Of a DNA stretch of 12,982 nt, positions 8,424 through 12,982 are shown piece after piece (the stretch's first letter is position 1; each line of letters starts with the position of its first letter). The position numbers were made by a program, and so were the translations under genes. The stretch lies in assembly GCA_963807635.1 (NCBI GenBank), contig CAWEDJ010000103.1, forward strand, positions 1 to 12,982. Direction: 5' to 3'. The stretch is from an uncultured cyanobacterium. Its GTDB lineage: Bacteria; Cyanobacteriota; Cyanobacteriia; Cyanobacteriales; Microcystaceae. Below the pieces are notes generated by a model, which searched no databases, was not told where the DNA came from, and saw nothing but the letters and a program-made list of their open reading frames with translations.

Positions 8424-8783
8424 ATGAAATTTAAAATTGATGAAAATTTACCCGTAGAATTTGCTGAACTTCTACAAAATGCTGGTTATGATGCCATGAC
8501 CGTTCATCAACAGAATTTAAAAGGTGAAAAAGATCCCATTCTTCTGGATATTTGTCAGCAAGAAAATAGAATTTTAGTAACCCTCGATTTAGATTTTAGT
8601 AATATTAGAAATTATCCTCCAGAACAATTTTTAGGAATCATAGTATTACGAGCTAATCGTCAAGATAAACTATACCTAATGTCAATCTTTCAACAAGCGA
8701 TTCCTTTATTAAATCAAGAACCAATTATTCATCGCTTATGGATTGTAGAAGAAAAACGGATCAGAATACGAGGAGAGGACTAA
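8424..8783 (+). CDS. DUF5615 family PIN-like toxin (VapC45-like)
   Basis: MKFKIDENLP, D..IL...Q.ENRILVTLDLDF and GIIVLR motifs; starts 11 nt after the DUF433 stop. Confidence 0.92.
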   Translation: MKFKIDENLPVEFAELLQNAGYDAMTVHQQNLKGEKDPILLDICQQENRILVTLDLDFSNIRNYPPEQFLGIIVLRANRQDKLYLMSIFQQAIPLLNQEPIIHRLWIVEEKRIRIRGED

Positions 8784-8832
8784 AAACTGTCTCAAAACAA
8801 GCTAGAAAATAATTACCTTTTTAGAAATTGTC

Positions 8833-8888
8833 GCGATCGCGTTTAGTTGTTAAAGGTAAATAGGAGATCGCGCTTCTACTGACAGAAT
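8833..8888 (+). repeat. HIP1-bounded direct repeat, copy 2, with 3' extension
   Basis: GCGATCGC-GTTTAGTTGTTAAAGGTAAATAG-GaGATCGC (8833-8871), then GCTTCTACTGACAGAAT, which resembles the tail of copy 3. Confidence 0.9.
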
Positions 8889-8906
8889 CGTAGAAACAAT
8901 TATAAT
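8879..8906 (+). promoter_or_regulatory. Putative sigma70-type promoter for parDE
   Basis: CTGACA (8879-8884), 16-nt spacer, TATAAT (8901-8906), 26 nt upstream of ATG 8933. Confidence 0.5.
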
Positions 8907-8932
8907 CAAAAAAAGTTCAACCCTGATTTACT

Positions 8933-9190
8933 ATGAATTTACTACTCAAACCTGAACATCAAAAACTGATTGAAGCCCAACTCAACACAGGACGCTACGC
9001 AAATCCCGACGAAATTATTGCTGAAGCCTTAGAGCTACTAAACAAGCGTGACCAGTATCAAGAATGGAGCGAGGAAATTGGTCGAAAAATTGACATCGCC
9101 GCCCAACAACTAGATCGAGGCGAAGGAATTGATGGTGAGAGCGCGATCGCCCTGCTAAGAAAAAAACTTCAAAAAAATAGTGAAATTTAA
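8933..9190 (+). CDS. parD: ParD-family (CC2985-like ribbon-helix-helix) antitoxin
   Basis: L.PE..KLIEAQL.TGRY.N.DEII.EAL.LL and I..A..QLDRGEGIDGE patterns; directly upstream of a ParE-like gene. Confidence 0.85.
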   Translation: MNLLLKPEHQKLIEAQLNTGRYANPDEIIAEALELLNKRDQYQEWSEEIGRKIDIAAQQLDRGEGIDGESAIALLRKKLQKNSEI

Positions 9191-9196
9191 GTTTCC

Positions 9197-9492
9197 ATGA
9201 ATTCATATATCATTGCCCCAGAAGCCATGAGTGATCTTGAACAAATCATAGATTATTTAGCAATGGATAATGTTAATAAAGGAGAAAATTTTCTAAATGA
9301 ATTCAACAAAAAATGTTGCTATTTAACCCAATTTCCGATGATGGGTCGTAGTTATCGTGAAATTCGTTCCTATCTACGCGGCTTACCGATGAAAAAACAT
9401 ATTTTTTTTATCGTGTCTTAAATGGTGGACTTGAGATTATGCGTGTCGTTCCCGCTAATCGGGATTTAGAAGCTATTTTTTCAGACTATTAA
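9197..9492 (+). CDS. parE: RelE/ParE-family toxin, frameshifted in a T8 tract at 9402-9409
   Basis: APEAMSDLEQI.DY and L.QFP.MGR.Y.EI...LRGLP. One extra T gives HIFFYRVLNGGLEIMRVVPANRDLEAIFSDY* (stop 9490-9492), a canonical ParE C-terminus (FYR...EI.RV....RDL). Confidence 0.87.
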
Positions 9493-9510
9493 TAAAATTT
9501 GAACACAATC

Positions 9511-9573
9511 AATAGGCGATCGCGTTTAGTTGGTTTAAAGTTAAATAGGTGATCGCATTGCTATTAACAGAAT
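9511..9573 (+). repeat. HIP1-bounded direct repeat, copy 3, with 3' extension
   Basis: AATAG-GCGATCGC-GTTTAGTTGGTTTAAAGTTAAATAG-GtGATCGC (9516-9556), then ATTGCTATTAACAGAAT. Confidence 0.9.
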
Positions 9574-9614
9574 ATTGTCCTAAAGATATAGATTTATTAA
9601 GATTAAGATAGGAA

Positions 9615-10418
9615 ATGAACTTTTCATCGTCAATTATGCGAGAACCATTGATTCAATTAAAAGGAATCTGTAAATCTTTTGGGGATCAGGTAATCTTGGA
9701 TGGCATTGATCTCACCATCTATAAAGGAGAAGCCCTGGTGATTATCGGCCCTTCAGGCACAGGAAAATCAACAATTTTGAGGATTATTGCAGGATTATTG
9801 CCCCCTGATGCAGGAGAAGTGGAAATCAAAGGAACACCTCGTCCAGGCCTAGTTGAAGATGGGGAAAATCCTATGCGGATCGCCTTGGTTTTTCAGCAAT
9901 CAGCCCTTTTTGACTCCCTCACCGTAGAAGAAAATGTTGGCTTCTTTCTCTATGAACATTCTCTTTTGTCACCCTCTGCAATTCGACAATTAGTAGAAGA
10001 AAAATTGGCAATGGTCGGACTCCAGGGAATCTGCGATCGCTATCCGTCCCAACTATCGGGGGGAATGCGTAAACGAGTGAGTTTTGCCCGTGCAATTATG
10101 TCGAATCCCGAAAATCCTCAGGACGATCCCGAAATCATCCTCTACGATGAACCGACGGCGGGACTCGATCCCGTTGCTTCTACTGTTGTTGAAAATTTAG
10201 TGCGTCATTTGCAAACCGTTAAAGGAGGCTGTGATACCTATGTGATGGTTACTCATCAACAAAGTACCATTCGTCGTACTGCCGATCGCATTGTGATGCT
10301 CTACGAGGGAAAGGTACAATGGCAAGGTCGAGTGGACGAAATTGATACAACGGATAATGAGATGGTTAAACAATTTTTTACAGCCAGCGTACAAGGGCCC
10401 ATTAAAATGCTTGAATAA
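9615..10418 (+). CDS. ABC transporter ATP-binding protein, MlaF/Mkl/TGD3-like (lipid transport)
   Basis: Walker A GPSGTGKS, FQQSALFDSLTVEENV, signature LSGGMRKRVSFARAI, Walker B ILYDEPTAGLDP and C-terminal V.QFF..S..GPI. The start may be ATG 9636. Confidence 0.9.
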   Translation: MNFSSSIMREPLIQLKGICKSFGDQVILDGIDLTIYKGEALVIIGPSGTGKSTILRIIAGLLPPDAGEVEIKGTPRPGLVEDGENPMRIALVFQQSALFDSLTVEENVGFFLYEHSLLSPSAIRQLVEEKLAMVGLQGICDRYPSQLSGGMRKRVSFARAIMSNPENPQDDPEIILYDEPTAGLDPVASTVVENLVRHLQTVKGGCDTYVMVTHQQSTIRRTADRIVMLYEGKVQWQGRVDEIDTTDNEMVKQFFTASVQGPIKMLE

Positions 10419-10462
10419 AATTAAATAAATGCTTAAACTTTTTATTTTTAATATTATCTTCT

Positions 10463-10906
10463 ATGATTTTTGAACAAAGAATTGAAATTAATGCCAGTGC
10501 CACTACGGTTGAGAAATGCTTTACGGATTTAGACATTATGCACCGTTGGTTAAATCCTGTTTTAAGCTGTCAACCCATTGGCAATTGGAGTACAGAAATT
10601 GGCGGAAAAAGTCGTTTTATTATTAATATTCCTTTGCTTAAGCCCACTTTAAAAAGCGTTGTCGTTAAAAGAGAACCTGGTTTAATTATCTGGTCATTTG
10701 ATGGTTTTTTTAAGGGACGCGATCGCTGGGAATGCCAACCGATGGAAAGGGGAACTTTACTGATTAATTGTTTTGAATTTGAAATTCCTAATCCCTTAGT
10801 GAGTTGGGGATTTCAAGTATTTGCCGCCCAATGGACAAGTCGGGATATGCAGGCTCAATTAAGACGATTAAAACGAGTGGCAGAAGCAATTTATCAAACA
10901 GATTGA
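10463..10906 (+). CDS. SRPBCC (polyketide cyclase/START-like) family protein
   Basis: FEQ.I.INA....VE.C.TD...MHRWLNP N-terminus and C-terminal helix DMQAQLRRLKRVAE; 147 aa. Confidence 0.8.
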   Translation: MIFEQRIEINASATTVEKCFTDLDIMHRWLNPVLSCQPIGNWSTEIGGKSRFIINIPLLKPTLKSVVVKREPGLIIWSFDGFFKGRDRWECQPMERGTLLINCFEFEIPNPLVSWGFQVFAAQWTSRDMQAQLRRLKRVAEAIYQTD

Positions 10907-11015
10907 AAAGACACGCAACTTTTTTTATTTTTATTGCCTACCTTTCAAACTCTACGATTCTTGTCCATCGTCAAGATTTAATCTATTCTATATCACTAGC
11001 CTCTCGATCAAAAAG

Positions 11016-12155
11016 ATGATGAAAAATTCAATTACAGTATTTCTATTGAGCTTAGGAATTATCGCAACGACTCCCCATTTATCGTTATCCCAAACCTTAC
11101 CCCTAACCCCTGTTCAATCTCCTCAAAATCCTGAATTAATCGGTCTAGATGACCAAATTTGGACAAAAGATCGCGCGGTTTTACTTCAGGCAATTGATCA
11201 AAGTTTACGCTATCTCAACACTGCTAATGCGGCCAAAGCCTACCGCAACTATCCCGTTAAAGGCGTTACTTTGGCACGAGTCAAGCGTTCTCTAGTGCGA
11301 TTTCGTACTCTTGTCAAACAAGCGCGATCGCCTGAAGCATTACAAGCGGCAGTTAAAAAAGAATTTGTCTTTTATCAATCGACAGGTCACGATAATCAGG
11401 GAACAGTTCATTTCACGGGCTACTTTGAGCCCATTTATACTGCAAGCCCCCGTAAAACAGCCGAATATCGCTATCCCCTCTATCGTAAACCTGAGAATTT
11501 TTCTAAGTGGTCTAAACCCCATCCCACACGGTCAAAATTGGAAGGAACGGATGGATTAGGTGAAAAAACTCTTCTAAAGGGCTATGAGTTGGCTTGGTTT
11601 AAGGATCGTTTGGAACCTTATTTAGTGCAGATCCAAGGTTCGGCTAAATTGCGTTTAACCAATGGGAAAACCATTTCCGTGAGTTTTGATGGCAATACGG
11701 ATTATCCCTACGTGAGTTTGGGCAAGGAATTGGTGAAAGATAGTATTTTCCAGCCAGGTGAGTTGACTTTACCGATTCTGATTGATTATCTCAAAAAACA
11801 TCCTGAAGCGGTGGATCGCTATGTTCCCCGCAATAATCGTTTTATTTTCTTTAAACAAACTTCGGCGGCAACTAAGGCAACGGGCAGTTTGGGCTTACCT
11901 GTCCTCGCAGAGCGATCGATCGCAACGGATAAGTCACTGATGCCACCAGGGGCGTTGGCGATTTTGGTGACTCAGATTCCTAATACTAATTTACAAAAAG
12001 AATGGGTGAGTCGTTATGTTTTCGATCAGGATACGGGCAGTGCGATTAAGGGGCCGGGTCGGGTTGATATTTTTATGGGGACAGGCAATTTAGCAGGCGA
12101 TCGCGCTGGTTTGATGAGCGATGATGGTCAGTTGTATTATTTGTTATTAAAATAA
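11016..12155 (+). CDS. mltA: Murein lytic transglycosylase A (MltA + 3D domain)
   Basis: Signal peptide; FTGYFEP, YRYPLY, QIQGS, SIATD and QDTGSAIKGPGRVDIFMGTG motifs. Confidence 0.93.
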   Translation: MMKNSITVFLLSLGIIATTPHLSLSQTLPLTPVQSPQNPELIGLDDQIWTKDRAVLLQAIDQSLRYLNTANAAKAYRNYPVKGVTLARVKRSLVRFRTLVKQARSPEALQAAVKKEFVFYQSTGHDNQGTVHFTGYFEPIYTASPRKTAEYRYPLYRKPENFSKWSKPHPTRSKLEGTDGLGEKTLLKGYELAWFKDRLEPYLVQIQGSAKLRLTNGKTISVSFDGNTDYPYVSLGKELVKDSIFQPGELTLPILIDYLKKHPEAVDRYVPRNNRFIFFKQTSAATKATGSLGLPVLAERSIATDKSLMPPGALAILVTQIPNTNLQKEWVSRYVFDQDTGSAIKGPGRVDIFMGTGNLAGDRAGLMSDDGQLYYLLLK

Positions 12156-12202
12156 TCTGATGGAAGCGATATCGTGTTCAAGATCTTTTTGTTCAAATTT
12201 AA

Positions 12203-12982
12203 TTAACCATTACTTGCCAAATTGCGAGACGGATCACCCAAAAAAACCTGATAGTGGCAGGATTAATGCAGTCGGTAAAATCTGCCAATGTTGAGATAAA
12301 CGCTGTAAAACCTTATCCTGTTCTGCCCGTAGGCGATCAAAATTACTGCCACCATTAATAATCGTAAACCAAACCATTCCCCGTTCCTGGGTCGGAATAA
12401 TCCCTGCTAAAGCACTGACTTGATTGAGGGTTCCCGTTTTCACCGTCAAACCTGGGGGCATATTGCGCCACTTTAGAGTTCCATCGCGATCACGTCCCAT
12501 CACAGGAAACGATCGGAAAGATTCAAGGTTGTGGATTTTAACTTTTCTTGTAATGCCATAAACATCAACGTCACCGCACGGGGAGAAATGCGATTTTCTA
12601 CCGCTAATCCCGATCCATTTTTTAACTGAATTTCTCCTGGGGAATCTTGGCTAATTGGGAAACCCTCTCGACAACCACCGCCGCGCCGCCAATTTCTTCA
12701 GCCAACATTTCCGCCATGTCATTATTACTATAAATATTCATCTGCTTTAACAGCGAACTGAGGGGCAAAGATTGATGACGTAATAATAATTGGGCATCGG
12801 TCGAATCAGGTTTTGGGACTGGATAGAGCCTTCAATTTCCACAGTGGGAAGAGGTGTTTCTTTTGGTAATTCTGCGTAGGCTTTTTTAATTAAACCAGAC
12901 CATTGGGGAGAATTAACCGCTTGTTTAAATAAAGCACCACTTATCTCAGGTTTATTTTTAAAATTCATGGCAAAATTATCCG
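12203..12982 (-). CDS. dacB: D-alanyl-D-alanine carboxypeptidase/endopeptidase (peptidase S13, PBP4), 3' part with about four frameshifts
   Basis: Frame-hopping translation gives LLRHQSLPLSSLLKQMNIYSNNDMAEMLA (SxN motif), EIQLKNGSGLAVENRISPRA, KTGTLNQVSALAG (KTG motif) and LGDPSRNLASNG*. Breaks near 12800, 12640, 12510 and 12240-12265. The 5' end lies beyond the window. Confidence 0.85.

Noticed and set aside
9015..11559. Small ORFs 9015-9206, 10197-10394, 10804-11019, 11311-11559 and 11340-11522
   Set aside because: Shadow frames overlapping well-supported genes.

Overview
Cyanobacterial chromosomal window, judged from about 14 perfect HIP1 octamers (GCGATCGC) and typical cyanobacterial genes. 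The left edge holds the end of an IS1-family element, apparently inserted into a small ORF. Housekeeping genes follow: delta-9 desaturase desC, a YnbB/methionine gamma-lyase-family PLP enzyme, a pentapeptide-repeat protein and lipA. An AT-rich accessory island (~4450-9570) comes next. It carries a DUF488 gene, a 912-aa fusion protein and two toxin-antitoxin pairs (DUF433/DUF5615-PIN and ParD/ParE). The fusion joins a TM0106/Cas4-like 4-Cys domain, an RNase_H_2/DEDD exonuclease and an IS66-type DDE transposase, with no visible IS ends. Three copies of a ~40-bp HIP1-bounded direct repeat separate the TA pairs like cassettes. Core genes then resume: an MlaF/TGD3-like ABC ATPase, an SRPBCC protein, mltA and the 3' part of dacB. 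Single-base frameshifts in lipA, parE and dacB most likely reflect long-read assembly errors. The best candidate for a novel system is the nuclease-transposase fusion with its adjacent repeat-delimited TA array; any functional link between them is a hypothesis.
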